From sequence record SRR31156797_5435: a stretch of 64,000 nt of DNA. One strand, written 5' to 3'. The translations under genes were made by a program, and so were the position numbers. Below are positions 38,733 to 51,432 of the stretch, one piece after another; the stretch's first letter is position 1; the number at the start of each line of letters is the position of its first letter. The notes under the pieces were generated by a model. That model had not been told where the DNA came from and did no database searches. It saw nothing but the letters and a program-made list of their open reading frames with translations.

Positions 38733-41471
38733 TCAGTCGAAAATAATCTCACAGAGATAATTTAGCTCGTATTCGCTGATTTTGATATTGTAAGCCACCT
38801 CTAAGCCCTCTAATGCTTTGGCGATAGTTGCTTTTTCTTCCATAAACTTGCTCGGATCTCCTTGATAAATTGGGACTTCTTGATTTCGGATCAGACGTTC
38901 TACTAAGCTTGCGATATGTACATATAATATCGCTTTTTTACTGTTGGATAATTGAAGCTGTAAGTACCGCTCCAAACTAACAAATCCTTGGTCAATATAG
39001 GAAATGACTTTATTGACATCTAAGATCGTCACCGCCGAAAGCAGCCGTTCGATCGATAGATTTCGTACAAGATTGTCATTGATCGCTTTACGAATGGCCG
39101 GATCTTTGACAAGAACAAAAATATCATCAATGATTTCTTGTCCTTTACCAGAAATCAAGTCTTCTAAAGCGATGTATGGGACACCATCAATTTCTGGATC
39201 AGCTGTTCCCACGATTCCTTGCACATCATATTGTTGAAATAGACCATTCTTCTTTCCATACTTTTTCAAGTAATGGTAATCTACCGCTTCGATCTCAAAC
39301 TTCGTTTCTTCAGGGATACTCGCTTTCAAAAATGATTGCAGCTGCTGTGCTGTTCCAAGACCAGTCTGACAAACAGTGATCAGCAGTGGCTGCTTTTGCT
39401 TTCTCGGATAAGTAACTTTGTATTCGATCGAGAGACCTTCCTTGATTTTATCGCCAATAATCTTAAGGTCGTAATTATTTTGCATCATTTCACCCACGAA
39501 TAATGCTTGCTGTGTCGTGACGTTATTGATAATCAATAATGGCCCATCTAACAATGGTTCTAACGTATCTGCTAAGAACATAAGTGAACCCATGTCCGCT
39601 AAAACGATCAATCCTTTTGAGCAATCATTGGCTTTTATATAATGCGTCATAAATTCTTTGACTTTATCCACGCTGACATTAAAAGGCATATCAAAGGCAT
39701 CAAAAATGTGTTCCTTCATAAAACGATTCACGACATCAGCGATACTGCTAGCAGTGGAAAATCCGTGGGCCAAAATGACGCCTCGGATCGCGTCTTGTTG
39801 ACTTTCTAAACCTAATCCTTTGAAGTAAAAAGCCAGTAAGATTTTCTCCATTCTCATCAAAGTAACATCAAGCTTTGTCTCTACTAATTCCAATAAAGAA
39901 TTGAGGAGCTTTGATTCCATCAATAAATGCACATTCATAAACGATTCGATCGAATCAATGGTCTTTTCGTCAATTTTGGGAATATTGAAAATAAAATTAT
40001 TCCGTTTATACAAATAACTTGTCAGGGCGATAATCGAGTTGCCGCGAATTTTAATAAAAAAACTAGCTTCTAAGAAATTTACTAGTTCCTTGACTGTATT
40101 ACGCAATAACTTCAAGGTTGGTTTTTCTTCTGCATCCTCGTAAACCAACATCTCCACGACTGTGCTGGCTTCTCTAGAAAGCTGTTTGACTAAATAATCT
40201 TCAGTGATTCCACCGCTTTCATATTGCTGAAACAATTTCTCAAAAACTTTAAAGATTGCATGAATGATCGTACTATCCGCTGTTTCTAGGTGCATGAAAT
40301 CACCGGCTTGGCTTTGGGGTGTGATGCGGATATCTTTGTTTTCTAGATTATCGATTTCTTTCAAAGAAAGAAATCGAGACAACAAACTATTTTCGATTGA
40401 CTCGGAATTGATCAAAACATAGGGGTGATTTTTTTGACGACTATACGCATTTGCACAGATAATCTTGATCAAGTTTTTCAATTCACCGACATTGTCGCGA
40501 TAATTTAAATACAACAACCGATTCAAGACCCATGACGTAATGACGATTTCTTTTGCAAATTTTTGACTTTCATGAATCAAAAACGTATAGATATATTCAG
40601 AAATTTCTTTTTTTGTCCGTTGTTGCAACGACGGGATCTGAACCGTGATGGGCACGCGCCGGATAAATGTTCTTAAAAAATTTTGTTGAATATCTTCCGT
40701 AGTTGCAAAAATCAAACGGACCTGCGCTTTTCTGGTTTTATTACTTTCACCTATTCTCGAAAAGGTTTGATTATCCATAAAGGTAAATAATTTCTCTTGG
40801 CTTTCTGCTGGTAAACGATGGCATTCATCTAAAAATAAGATTCCCCCGTCAGCAGCTTCCAAAAGGCCTACTTGTTCTTCGTTTGCTCCAGTGAATGCAC
40901 CTTTTTTATAGCCAAATAAGATACTACTCAATAACTCTTGATTATGATAGTACTGCGCACAATTTAATTCTAAAAAGGGGGCAGTTTCTCCAATGAGCTT
41001 TTTTTCAACGCAAAATTCATGCATCTTTTTTGCGAGTAAGCTCTTACCAACACCGGTTTCTCCGTGAAGCATGATTGGCAGTCCTGTGTCGGGATAAAAT
41101 GAGGCAGCTTTGATTTGATCGATCACTCGCTGCAAACTTGAACGATTTCCGATCAATGTCGACAAAACATCATTTCCCTGCTCTTGATTTTTTGTTTCAT
41201 TTAGAAGCTCTTCATAGGTATCGTAGACGGTCTGTTTTGGCGTAAAAAAGCGTTCAGAAAAAACTGTTTTGTCATAAAAGATTGCCGGTCTACTACGAAT
41301 CTTAAGGACCCGTTCTTCTTTTACTAATTCGTTCAAGTATTGGCTCGTGGTATTTCTTTGAATACCGACTTTTTCGGAAATCCCTTCTGTCGTTAAGGTC
41401 TCACTTGGTGCAATTTTTTCAACTTGATTCGTATGCTCCTTCAAAACAGTCAAAACTCTTTCTTTTGACAT
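38733..41471 (-). CDS. LevR/ManR-type sigma54 activator (HTH-AAA+-PRD-EIIA-EIIB-PRD)
   Basis: Walker A 'GETGVGKS', 'GAFTGA', 'LFLDECH', EIIA 'AHGFSTA', EIIB 'VCQTGLGTA'. Confidence 0.92.
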   Translation of the reverse strand: MSKERVLTVLKEHTNQVEKIAPSETLTTEGISEKVGIQRNTTSQYLNELVKEERVLKIRSRPAIFYDKTVFSERFFTPKQTVYDTYEELLNETKNQEQGNDVLSTLIGNRSSLQRVIDQIKAASFYPDTGLPIMLHGETGVGKSLLAKKMHEFCVEKKLIGETAPFLELNCAQYYHNQELLSSILFGYKKGAFTGANEEQVGLLEAADGGILFLDECHRLPAESQEKLFTFMDNQTFSRIGESNKTRKAQVRLIFATTEDIQQNFLRTFIRRVPITVQIPSLQQRTKKEISEYIYTFLIHESQKFAKEIVITSWVLNRLLYLNYRDNVGELKNLIKIICANAYSRQKNHPYVLINSESIENSLLSRFLSLKEIDNLENKDIRITPQSQAGDFMHLETADSTIIHAIFKVFEKLFQQYESGGITEDYLVKQLSREASTVVEMLVYEDAEEKPTLKLLRNTVKELVNFLEASFFIKIRGNSIIALTSYLYKRNNFIFNIPKIDEKTIDSIESFMNVHLLMESKLLNSLLELVETKLDVTLMRMEKILLAFYFKGLGLESQQDAIRGVILAHGFSTASSIADVVNRFMKEHIFDAFDMPFNVSVDKVKEFMTHYIKANDCSKGLIVLADMGSLMFLADTLEPLLDGPLLIINNVTTQQALFVGEMMQNNYDLKIIGDKIKEGLSIEYKVTYPRKQKQPLLITVCQTGLGTAQQLQSFLKASIPEETKFEIEAVDYHYLKKYGKKNGLFQQYDVQGIVGTADPEIDGVPYIALEDLISGKGQEIIDDIFVLVKDPAIRKAINDNLVRNLSIERLLSAVTILDVNKVISYIDQGFVSLERYLQLQLSNSKKAILYVHIASLVERLIRNQEVPIYQGDPSKFMEEKATIAKALEGLEVAYNIKISEYELNYLCEIIFD

Positions 41472-41564
41472 CTTTTCCCCTCTATTCAAAACTTTTTACA
41501 AAAGTCTTTATTCTTCTTTGCTACGTGTTCTATTATCTTATTGTAGCCCTTACAGTCTACAACA

Positions 41565-41600
41565 AAGGAGACAGCAATTCAAAAAGAATTCTGCCTCCTT
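41565..41600 (-). terminator. Terminator after kduD
   Basis: AAGGAGGCAGAATTC-TTTTT-GAATTGCTGTCTCCTT followed by TGTT on the minus strand. Confidence 0.55.
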
Positions 41601-41609
41601 ACGATTGTT

Positions 41610-42416
41610 TTATTCAGGTTGTTTCCCGATATACGCCAAGATACCGCCGTCTACATATAAGACATGGCCATTGACAAAGTTGGATGCCTCAGAAGCTAAG
41701 AAAACAGTTGGTCCTGCTAAATCTTCTGGCTCACCCCAACGGGCAGCAGGTGTTTTCGCTACGATAAATTGATCAAATGGGTGACGAGAACCGTCTGGTT
41801 GGATCTCTCGTAATGGTGCGGTTTGCGGTGTTGCAATATAACCAGGTCCGATCCCATTACATTGAATGTTAGCTGAACCAAATTCAGCACAAATGTTTTT
41901 CGTCAACATTTTCAAGCCGCCTTTAGCCGCTGCGTAACCAGCCACCGTTTCTCTTCCCAATTCACTCATCATTGAGCAAATGTTGATGATTTTTCCATGT
42001 CCTTTTTTGATCATTGACGGTAAGACTGCTTTTGAAACGATAAATGGAGCGTTCAAGTCCACGTCAACGACTTGGCGGAAGTCTTCAGCAGACATCTCCA
42101 ACATCGGAATTCGTTTGATGATCCCAGCATTATTGACTAAGATATCGATCACGCCAACTTCTTCTTCGATCTGCTTGACCATTTCGTTGACTGCTTTTTC
42201 ATCCGTTACATCACAGACATAGCCGTGGGCTTCGATCCCTGCTTCACGATAGTTTGCTAATCCTTTATCCACTGATTCTTGATCCAAGTTGTTAAAAACG
42301 ATCGTTGCTCCTGCTGCTGCTAATGAACGAGCGATCGTAAAACCGATCCCATAGACAGCTCCAGTCACTAATGCGATCTTACCATCTAAACGAAATTGAT
42401 CCATTGAAAAATCCAT
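41610..42416 (-). CDS. kduD: 2-keto-3-deoxygluconate dehydrogenase / gluconate 5-dehydrogenase SDR
   Basis: 'TGAVYGIG', 'NNAG', 'YAAAKGG'; adjacent to kduI. Confidence 0.88.
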   Translation of the reverse strand: MDFSMDQFRLDGKIALVTGAVYGIGFTIARSLAAAGATIVFNNLDQESVDKGLANYREAGIEAHGYVCDVTDEKAVNEMVKQIEEEVGVIDILVNNAGIIKRIPMLEMSAEDFRQVVDVDLNAPFIVSKAVLPSMIKKGHGKIINICSMMSELGRETVAGYAAAKGGLKMLTKNICAEFGSANIQCNGIGPGYIATPQTAPLREIQPDGSRHPFDQFIVAKTPAARWGEPEDLAGPTVFLASEASNFVNGHVLYVDGGILAYIGKQPE

Positions 42417-42438
42417 AATTGATAAACCCTCTTTCTTT

Positions 42439-43281
42439 TTATTTTAAGTCGTCCATTGCCACCATATCCATGTCGGTATAGGTGATATTTTCGCCACACA
42501 TTGCCCAGATAAAGGAGTAGTTACTGGTTCCAACACCCGAATGGATCGACCAGCTTGGAGAAATAACTGCTTGTTCTTCACTAACGACTAAATGCTTCGT
42601 TTCATCTGGTTTGCCCATCATATGGAACACTTTTGTGTCTTCGTTGGCAAAATCAAAATACACATATGCTTCCATCCGACGTTCATGGGTATGACTTGGC
42701 ATCGTATTCCAAGCACTGCCTGGTTCTAAGATCGTGTACCCCATTTGTAATTGACAGCTTTCACAAACATTTGGGTGAATGTATTGATAAATTTTCCGTT
42801 CATTTAATGTCAAGCCCTCGCCTGTCTCCATTGGTGTGACTTGATCGATACTGATTTTTACATTTGGGTATTTCTTATGTGCTGGCACGCAAGATAGATA
42901 GAATTTCGCTGGATTTGCTGGATCATCTGAGTGGAACAAGACTTGTTTGGTTTCCTTGCCGATATAGTAGCCGTCTTGTTTTTTCATTGGTTCTTTTTGG
43001 CCATCGATCGTGATCGCACCAGGTCCTCCAATATTGATGACGCCTAATTCGCGACGTTCTAAGAAGTATTCCACCCCTAATTCGCTGCTTAATTGCACTT
43101 CTAACGCTTCTTCTGTCGGTGTCACTCCGCCAAAGATCATCCGATCATTGTGGGTATAGGTCAGCATGATTTGTCCTGGTGTGAAAATTTTCTCTACCAA
43201 AAATTCTCTGCGTAATTCCTCGGTACTATAGTGACGAATATCAAGTGGACTATGGGTATAGCGTGTTTCCATGTGTTGCAT
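42439..43281 (-). CDS. kduI: 4-deoxy-L-threo-5-hexosulose-uronate isomerase
   Basis: 'FLERRELG', 'WNTMPSHTHERRMEAY', 'SPSWSIHSGVG'. Confidence 0.96.
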   Translation of the reverse strand: MQHMETRYTHSPLDIRHYSTEELRREFLVEKIFTPGQIMLTYTHNDRMIFGGVTPTEEALEVQLSSELGVEYFLERRELGVINIGGPGAITIDGQKEPMKKQDGYYIGKETKQVLFHSDDPANPAKFYLSCVPAHKKYPNVKISIDQVTPMETGEGLTLNERKIYQYIHPNVCESCQLQMGYTILEPGSAWNTMPSHTHERRMEAYVYFDFANEDTKVFHMMGKPDETKHLVVSEEQAVISPSWSIHSGVGTSNYSFIWAMCGENITYTDMDMVAMDDLK

Positions 43282-43293
43282 GTTTTATTCCTC

Positions 43294-44292
43294 CTATCGA
43301 ATAATTTTTCCTGAACCTGTTGCAATAAATTCTTGTATCTCATTGGCGCTAAACTGATTACAGTCGCCATGGATCGTATGTTTCAAAGCAGATGCTGCAG
43401 TGGCAAAATCAATGATTTCTTGGTCTTGTTTCTTCGTGACAAGACCATGTAGGACACCAGCTGAAAAGGCATCGCCGCCTCCGACGCGATCAACGATGGG
43501 ATTGATCTCATGGGTAGCAGAAACGACATAATTGCCGTTGTGCCATAGGCTTCCTGTCAATTGATTGTGACTTGCTGAGAGCACCTGGCGACTAGTTGAA
43601 TAAAAGAGCTGGATATTTGGATATTTCCGATGCATTTCTTGATAATAGTAGTCATCTTCGACTTCCTCTGTTGGAGCTGATACATCCATAAAGACTTGGG
43701 CATCTAACTGTCCTGCCGAGCAATAATCGACATAGGGGAGCACTTCTTGCAAAAAGACGCGTGCTTCAGCGGTCGTCCACAGTTTTCCACGATAATTGAT
43801 ATCGAAACTGATTTTACAACCAGCTGCTTTCGCTTCTTTGATCAACGTCAGTAAAAGTGTCTGCCAAGTCGTTGAAAGAGCGGGCGTGATCCCTGAAAGG
43901 TGAACAATGTCAACCCCATCAAAAAGGTCAGATTGCCACTCATTTTCTTTCATTTGAGCAAAGCTAGAGGCTGCGCGATCATAAACCACTCGCGCTGCTC
44001 GTTCCCCGATACCGGTTTCAATATAGTAAGTACCTAGTCGGGAACCGCCACGAAGCAAGTGGCGACAATCGACGCCATAGCTTCGTAAATGATGAAAAAC
44101 GGCATCTCCTAAAGCATTCTCAGGCACTTTACTAGCAAAAGAAACGCGATGACCAAAATTCGCCAAGGAGATCGCAACATTGGCTTCCCCACCGCCATAA
44201 TGGGCAGCAAACATCGAACTATGGGCGATTCGGTCGCCTAACGTTGTCGATAGACGCAACATGATTTCTCCTAGTGTCAGAATATTTGCCAT
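43294..44292 (-). CDS. kdgK: 2-keto-3-deoxygluconate kinase (PfkB family)
   Basis: 'GEIMLRL', 'GGGEANVA', 'DRVGGGDAF'. Confidence 0.92.
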   Translation of the reverse strand: MANILTLGEIMLRLSTTLGDRIAHSSMFAAHYGGGEANVAISLANFGHRVSFASKVPENALGDAVFHHLRSYGVDCRHLLRGGSRLGTYYIETGIGERAARVVYDRAASSFAQMKENEWQSDLFDGVDIVHLSGITPALSTTWQTLLLTLIKEAKAAGCKISFDINYRGKLWTTAEARVFLQEVLPYVDYCSAGQLDAQVFMDVSAPTEEVEDDYYYQEMHRKYPNIQLFYSTSRQVLSASHNQLTGSLWHNGNYVVSATHEINPIVDRVGGGDAFSAGVLHGLVTKKQDQEIIDFATAASALKHTIHGDCNQFSANEIQEFIATGSGKIIR

Positions 44293-44293
44293 C

Positions 44294-44941
44294 TTACTTT
44301 CCTCGAATCTCTTTTAATTTTGCCGCATATTGTTTCGCTACTTCTGTTACTTTGTCAAAATCCCCACTTGCTGCTGGCGCTAACAAATTCCCCCCTACAC
44401 CAACGGCTACGACACCCGCCGCAAACCATTCTTGCATGTTGTCTAAGCTGACACCACCGGTCGGCATAATGTTTAATTGTGGCAATGGCGCTTTGAAGGC
44501 CGAGATGATACTTGGTCCATACGCACTACCTGGGAATAGTTTAATGATATCTGCGCCTGCTTTTAAGGCGTCCTTCATTTCTGAAATGGTCATGCAGCCA
44601 GGCAGATACGGGATTTGATATAAATTACATAATTCAGCCGTTTCTTGATCAAAAGTTGGGCTTACCACATATTCTGCGCCTGCCATGATCGCTAAACGAG
44701 CGGTCACTGCATCAAGAACGGTCCCCGCACCAACAACTACCTCTGGATTCTCTTTGAAGGTTGCTACTAATTCAGCGATTACATCCGCCGCTTGAGGCAC
44801 TGTAAAAGTCAACTCAATGCCGGTGATCCCCCCTGCAACGATCGCTTTACTTGCTTGTAGTGCTTCTTCTTTTGAAGCGCCACGTACAACAGCGATCACA
44901 CCGCTTTCCTTTAGTTTCATTAAATTCGCTACTTTTTTCAT
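44294..44941 (-). CDS. eda: KDPG/KHG aldolase
   Basis: 'GAGTVLD', 'KLFP', 'MPTGGV'. Confidence 0.93.
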   Translation of the reverse strand: MKKVANLMKLKESGVIAVVRGASKEEALQASKAIVAGGITGIELTFTVPQAADVIAELVATFKENPEVVVGAGTVLDAVTARLAIMAGAEYVVSPTFDQETAELCNLYQIPYLPGCMTISEMKDALKAGADIIKLFPGSAYGPSIISAFKAPLPQLNIMPTGGVSLDNMQEWFAAGVVAVGVGGNLLAPAASGDFDKVTEVAKQYAAKLKEIRGK

Positions 44942-44957
44942 TAAGACCCTCCGCTTA

Positions 44958-44993
44958 TTTCCTATTTGGAAAATGGTATTTATTATAAAGAAA
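44958..44993. promoter_or_regulatory. Tandem IclR-type operators upstream of eda
   Basis: TTTCC-N5-GGAAA (44958) and TTTAT-N5-AGAAA (44979), downstream of TTGCAA-16-TATAAT (minus strand, 45032-45005). Confidence 0.65.
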
Positions 44994-45051
44994 CTTACAC
45001 GTTCATTATACCGTTCTCGTTTTTATTTGCAAGGGCTTTCCATTAAAAAGT

Positions 45052-45804
45052 TTACAACGCTTGCTCAATTTGTTGTTTTGTCGCAATAATCGCATCGATC
45101 AATGTCGTTTTGTATTTTGGGGTCAAGCGGTATTTCGGTAGGCTGATAGAAAACGCCCCAACGATCTCCTGATCTTTTGTCAGTGAGGCGCCGATGCAAT
45201 AGATTTCTTGTTCCATTTCTTCATCATCAAAGGCTACTTGGTTCGCTTTTGCCTGTTCCAATTCTTTCTTCAACTTCAACTGATTTGTAATGGTATTTTC
45301 GGTATAAGCGGTTAAAGGCGTTGCTGCCAAGTACTCCTCTACTTGAGGGGCATCAAACTCCGCTAAAACGGCTTTCCCCATGGCAGAGCTATACAACGGT
45401 CTTGTGATTCCTACTTTTGAAGACATGCGGATCGTTTGATTCTGAGGCTCCAATTTATTGACATAAAGAATCTCATTGGCGGTCAAGACGCCTAAGTGGA
45501 TCGTTTCATCCGCCGTTTTCTGCAATGCTTCCAAGTAAGGCAAGCTGATTTCCACTAAATCAAGCTCTTGAATGTTTTGATTGGCATACTTGATCAGCTT
45601 AGACCCTAAGCGATAATTCTTCTCTTTGTCGCGTTTGACATAGCCGATCATTTGTAGCGTTTCCAATATTTTCAAAGCTGTGGATGGGGTCAGTTTCGTT
45701 GCTTCTGAAATTTCTTGCAATGGTTTACTTGGCGCTTCTGCGAGGTAATCTAAAATGGTTGCTGCTTTTAGTAGTACGGTTCCATATGGTTTTTGTGTCA
45801 TCAT
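45052..45804 (-). CDS. IclR-family repressor (KdgR-like)
   Basis: N-terminal HTH, 'ETIHL', 'SSAMGKA', 'DDEEME'. Confidence 0.9.
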   Translation of the reverse strand: MMTQKPYGTVLLKAATILDYLAEAPSKPLQEISEATKLTPSTALKILETLQMIGYVKRDKEKNYRLGSKLIKYANQNIQELDLVEISLPYLEALQKTADETIHLGVLTANEILYVNKLEPQNQTIRMSSKVGITRPLYSSAMGKAVLAEFDAPQVEEYLAATPLTAYTENTITNQLKLKKELEQAKANQVAFDDEEMEQEIYCIGASLTKDQEIVGAFSISLPKYRLTPKYKTTLIDAIIATKQQIEQAL

Positions 45805-45818
45805 TTCTCCACCTTTAT

Positions 45819-45854
45819 TTTCTATATAAGAAATTATAATATCTTTTTAGGAAA
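45819..45854. promoter_or_regulatory. Tandem IclR-type autoregulatory operators
   Basis: TTTCT-N5-AGAAA (45819) and TATCT-N5-GGAAA (45840). Confidence 0.6.
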
Positions 45855-45955
45855 TGCACAATCTTTTTTCCTATATATCAGCATGACGCGATTCCTATTT
45901 TACTTTCTGTCGTTATTCATTGTATGATGAAGACAAGACAAAGGAGTGCCGAACA

Positions 45956-46696
45956 ATGGACTTAAATGTATTGATCAAAGGAAAAAAATTGACTGACAAT
46001 GAGCTGCAAATTCTTGATTATTTGCTTGCAAATACCGCTGCGATCGATGGACTGCCCTTAAGAGAAATCGCGAAAGCGGTCTACACTTCCCCCGCAACCA
46101 TCGTGCGGCTTGCGCAAAAATTAGGTTTTTCTGGCTATCTAGAGCTACTTTACTTCTTGAAGAATCGCTTGAAAAATCAGACGATCACTGAAGCCGCCAT
46201 CGATTACCAAATTGACGCTGCCAGTATTGCAGATACGATCGAAGCGATCAAAGAAATCTATGGACGAAACAAGAACAAGTTTATTACGATTTATGCAACA
46301 GGTTTTTCGGGGATCGTGGCAGAATACCTTCACAAAAAAATGCTTGTCAACGGCATCAAAACCTTATTAGTCAGTGCTTCTGACTCAGGTGGGATCATTA
46401 GTAACAACATTGAGAACATCAGTATGCTGATCACCATCTCTAAATCTGGCGAAACACAAAAAGTACTGGAGAAGATGGCGTTAGCCAATGAGCATCACAT
46501 ACCAACTGTTTTGTTTTGCGGGAACGGTGAGCATCGCGCCAATCAACTAGCGACCTTTTCCTTTGAAGTGACAGATGAACGTCCCTACGACACCCAAAAC
46601 ATCCAGTACACCAGTTTCTTTGGCAAACTGCTCTTATTGATGGAATATATCGTTGACGCTTTCACGTGTGTTGAAAAAGAAAACCAGCAACCCTAG
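45956..46696 (+). CDS. RpiR/MurR-family regulator (GlvR-like)
   Basis: 'SPATIVRLAQKLGFSGY', SIS motif 'ISKSGET'; RBS AAGGAG. Confidence 0.9.
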   Translation: MDLNVLIKGKKLTDNELQILDYLLANTAAIDGLPLREIAKAVYTSPATIVRLAQKLGFSGYLELLYFLKNRLKNQTITEAAIDYQIDAASIADTIEAIKEIYGRNKNKFITIYATGFSGIVAEYLHKKMLVNGIKTLLVSASDSGGIISNNIENISMLITISKSGETQKVLEKMALANEHHIPTVLFCGNGEHRANQLATFSFEVTDERPYDTQNIQYTSFFGKLLLLMEYIVDAFTCVEKENQQP

Positions 46697-46710
46697 TGGA
46701 TTGCTGGTTT
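46681..46710. terminator. Bidirectional terminator
   Basis: AAACCAGCAA-CC-ctagt-GG-(a)-TTGCTGGTTT between convergent genes. Confidence 0.7.
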
Positions 46711-46714
46711 TTGC

Positions 46715-48088
46715 TTATGCATGAAAATACGTTTTTGCCAGTTCTTGATAAAGCGCGTGGTTCTGCAGATCAGGAACAAATTTTTCATCTGGCTGATCTT
46801 GCCGCACAACAGAGCTTTTGTACAAATCATACAAGCCGAATATCGGTTCATTTTCATCGGAAAGATAACAGGTTAGCCCCAACACATCCGCGGTCATTTG
46901 ACCTAATAGTTTTGTTTGAAAGAAACCACCACTTACAGTGACTGCCCCTTCCAACTGCGCCATTTGCTTTAATAAATCGATGTTCATCAGCATGCCTTCG
47001 AGGACTGCCCGTAACATATCTGAGCGATTGTGTTTCAGGGTCAAGCCAGAAAAGCCACCTGTGATTTCATTCGTCCAAAAGGGTGCCCGCTCGCCATTTA
47101 AATAGGGGAAAAAACGTAAACCGTTGCTGCCGATCGGTGATTCCTCCATGACTTGCGGCAGATAATGATAAAACCCATCAGGATCTTCTGATAAGGTCTC
47201 TTTTGCCCAAGCAAGCACACAACCGCCATTATTCGAAGGTGCCCCTACGACATAGAGGTCTTCTTGCAGATAGTAGCAAAAATTTTGTTTTTGGCGATCA
47301 AAGACCGTGGTCTCACTTACTTTACGAACCGCCGCACTGGTTCCGATCGTCAAGCTGTTGCGGATCCCTGTAGAAATATAGCCAGCATATGCTGCCAAAC
47401 ACCCATCGCTAGCCCCACACATCACTTCTACCTCAGGCTTCAAGCCACACCGCTGCGCCATCTCCTTGGTAATCAAAAAACGATCAGTCGGTGCACATAA
47501 AGGCGCTAATTGGGCTTTTGAAAGGGATAAATAGTTGAGAATCTTTTGACTCCATTGCTTTTCTTTCAAAGAAAAAAGACCGGTCGCTGATGCGGTACTA
47601 TAATCGATCCGTGCTTGTCCAGTAAACAACGCCATTGCTAGTTCTTTTAAGCCTAACCATTTCGTCTCTTTGGAATATGAACCACTTGTTTGAAAATAAG
47701 CCAGTTTCGCAAAGGGAGACATCGCATGGATCGGTGTCCCTGTCTCTTCATAAAACGTTGCCGCCAGATCCGTTTGACGAAAGGCCGTCATCGTTTGATT
47801 CGCTTGATTGTCTGACCAAATGTAAATCTCTTCTGCTGTCTCACCAGCCACTGGCATCAAACTGTGCATGGCGGTACTGAACCCGATCACTGTGATTGCC
47901 GCTTTTAATTGGGCGGGAATCGTTGTGACACCACTGATTAATTGGCTACTGATCTGGGTCGCTGATTGGGTCTGTTTTAACCCGTGGCTATGGGTTTTGA
48001 TTGGTAATGACTGTGAGTAAATGATTTTCCGATCTTCAATGACCCCAAATTTTATGGCTGTTGTGCCGATATCAATCCCTAAAAACAT
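46715..48088 (-). CDS. gntK: Gluconokinase (FGGY family)
   Basis: 'GIDIGTT', 'STAMHSL', 'TGTPIHAMSP', 'GASDGCLA', 'PYLNGERAP'. Confidence 0.8.
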   Translation of the reverse strand: MFLGIDIGTTAIKFGVIEDRKIIYSQSLPIKTHSHGLKQTQSATQISSQLISGVTTIPAQLKAAITVIGFSTAMHSLMPVAGETAEEIYIWSDNQANQTMTAFRQTDLAATFYEETGTPIHAMSPFAKLAYFQTSGSYSKETKWLGLKELAMALFTGQARIDYSTASATGLFSLKEKQWSQKILNYLSLSKAQLAPLCAPTDRFLITKEMAQRCGLKPEVEVMCGASDGCLAAYAGYISTGIRNSLTIGTSAAVRKVSETTVFDRQKQNFCYYLQEDLYVVGAPSNNGGCVLAWAKETLSEDPDGFYHYLPQVMEESPIGSNGLRFFPYLNGERAPFWTNEITGGFSGLTLKHNRSDMLRAVLEGMLMNIDLLKQMAQLEGAVTVSGGFFQTKLLGQMTADVLGLTCYLSDENEPIFGLYDLYKSSVVRQDQPDEKFVPDLQNHALYQELAKTYFHA

Positions 48089-48232
48089 CGCATTGCTCCC
48101 TCTCATCTGATTCAATTAGCTTTATTCTACCATAGTTAGTGGCATATTCTAGCATACCTGTCTGATCGTTTTGTTGAGAAGACGTTTAGTGATGATTTTC
48201 TTCAGAGAAGTATTCTTCCACAGCAAAAATCA

Positions 48233-48266
48233 AAAAAAGAAAGATTCTTGGAGAATCTTCCTCTTT
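48233..48266 (-). terminator. Terminator after the GH4 gene
   Basis: GAAGATTCT-cca-AGAATCTTTC followed by TTTTTT on the minus strand. Confidence 0.65.
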
Positions 48267-48308
48267 CCAGTTATCCCATCAGAAAATGTTTCGCAAATGT
48301 GAAACAAA

Positions 48309-51268
<2,960 letters not shown>

Positions 51269-51332
51269 TGAGGAAACTCCTTTGTAATTGATTTGTAGGT
51301 TCATTATAGGAAACATTTGTTACTAATAGAAT

Positions 51333-51346
51333 AGCAAACGTTTTCA
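51333..51346 (-). promoter_or_regulatory. Putative cre site
   Basis: TGAAAACGTTTGCT upstream of EIICB. Confidence 0.6.
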
Positions 51347-51432
51347 ATTCAATGCGTTTCAAAGATTGGAATGTGTTTCATCCTGTTTACTTCCTTGCTA
51401 GTGGCGATTACAAGCAACAAAAAAAGAGTGAA

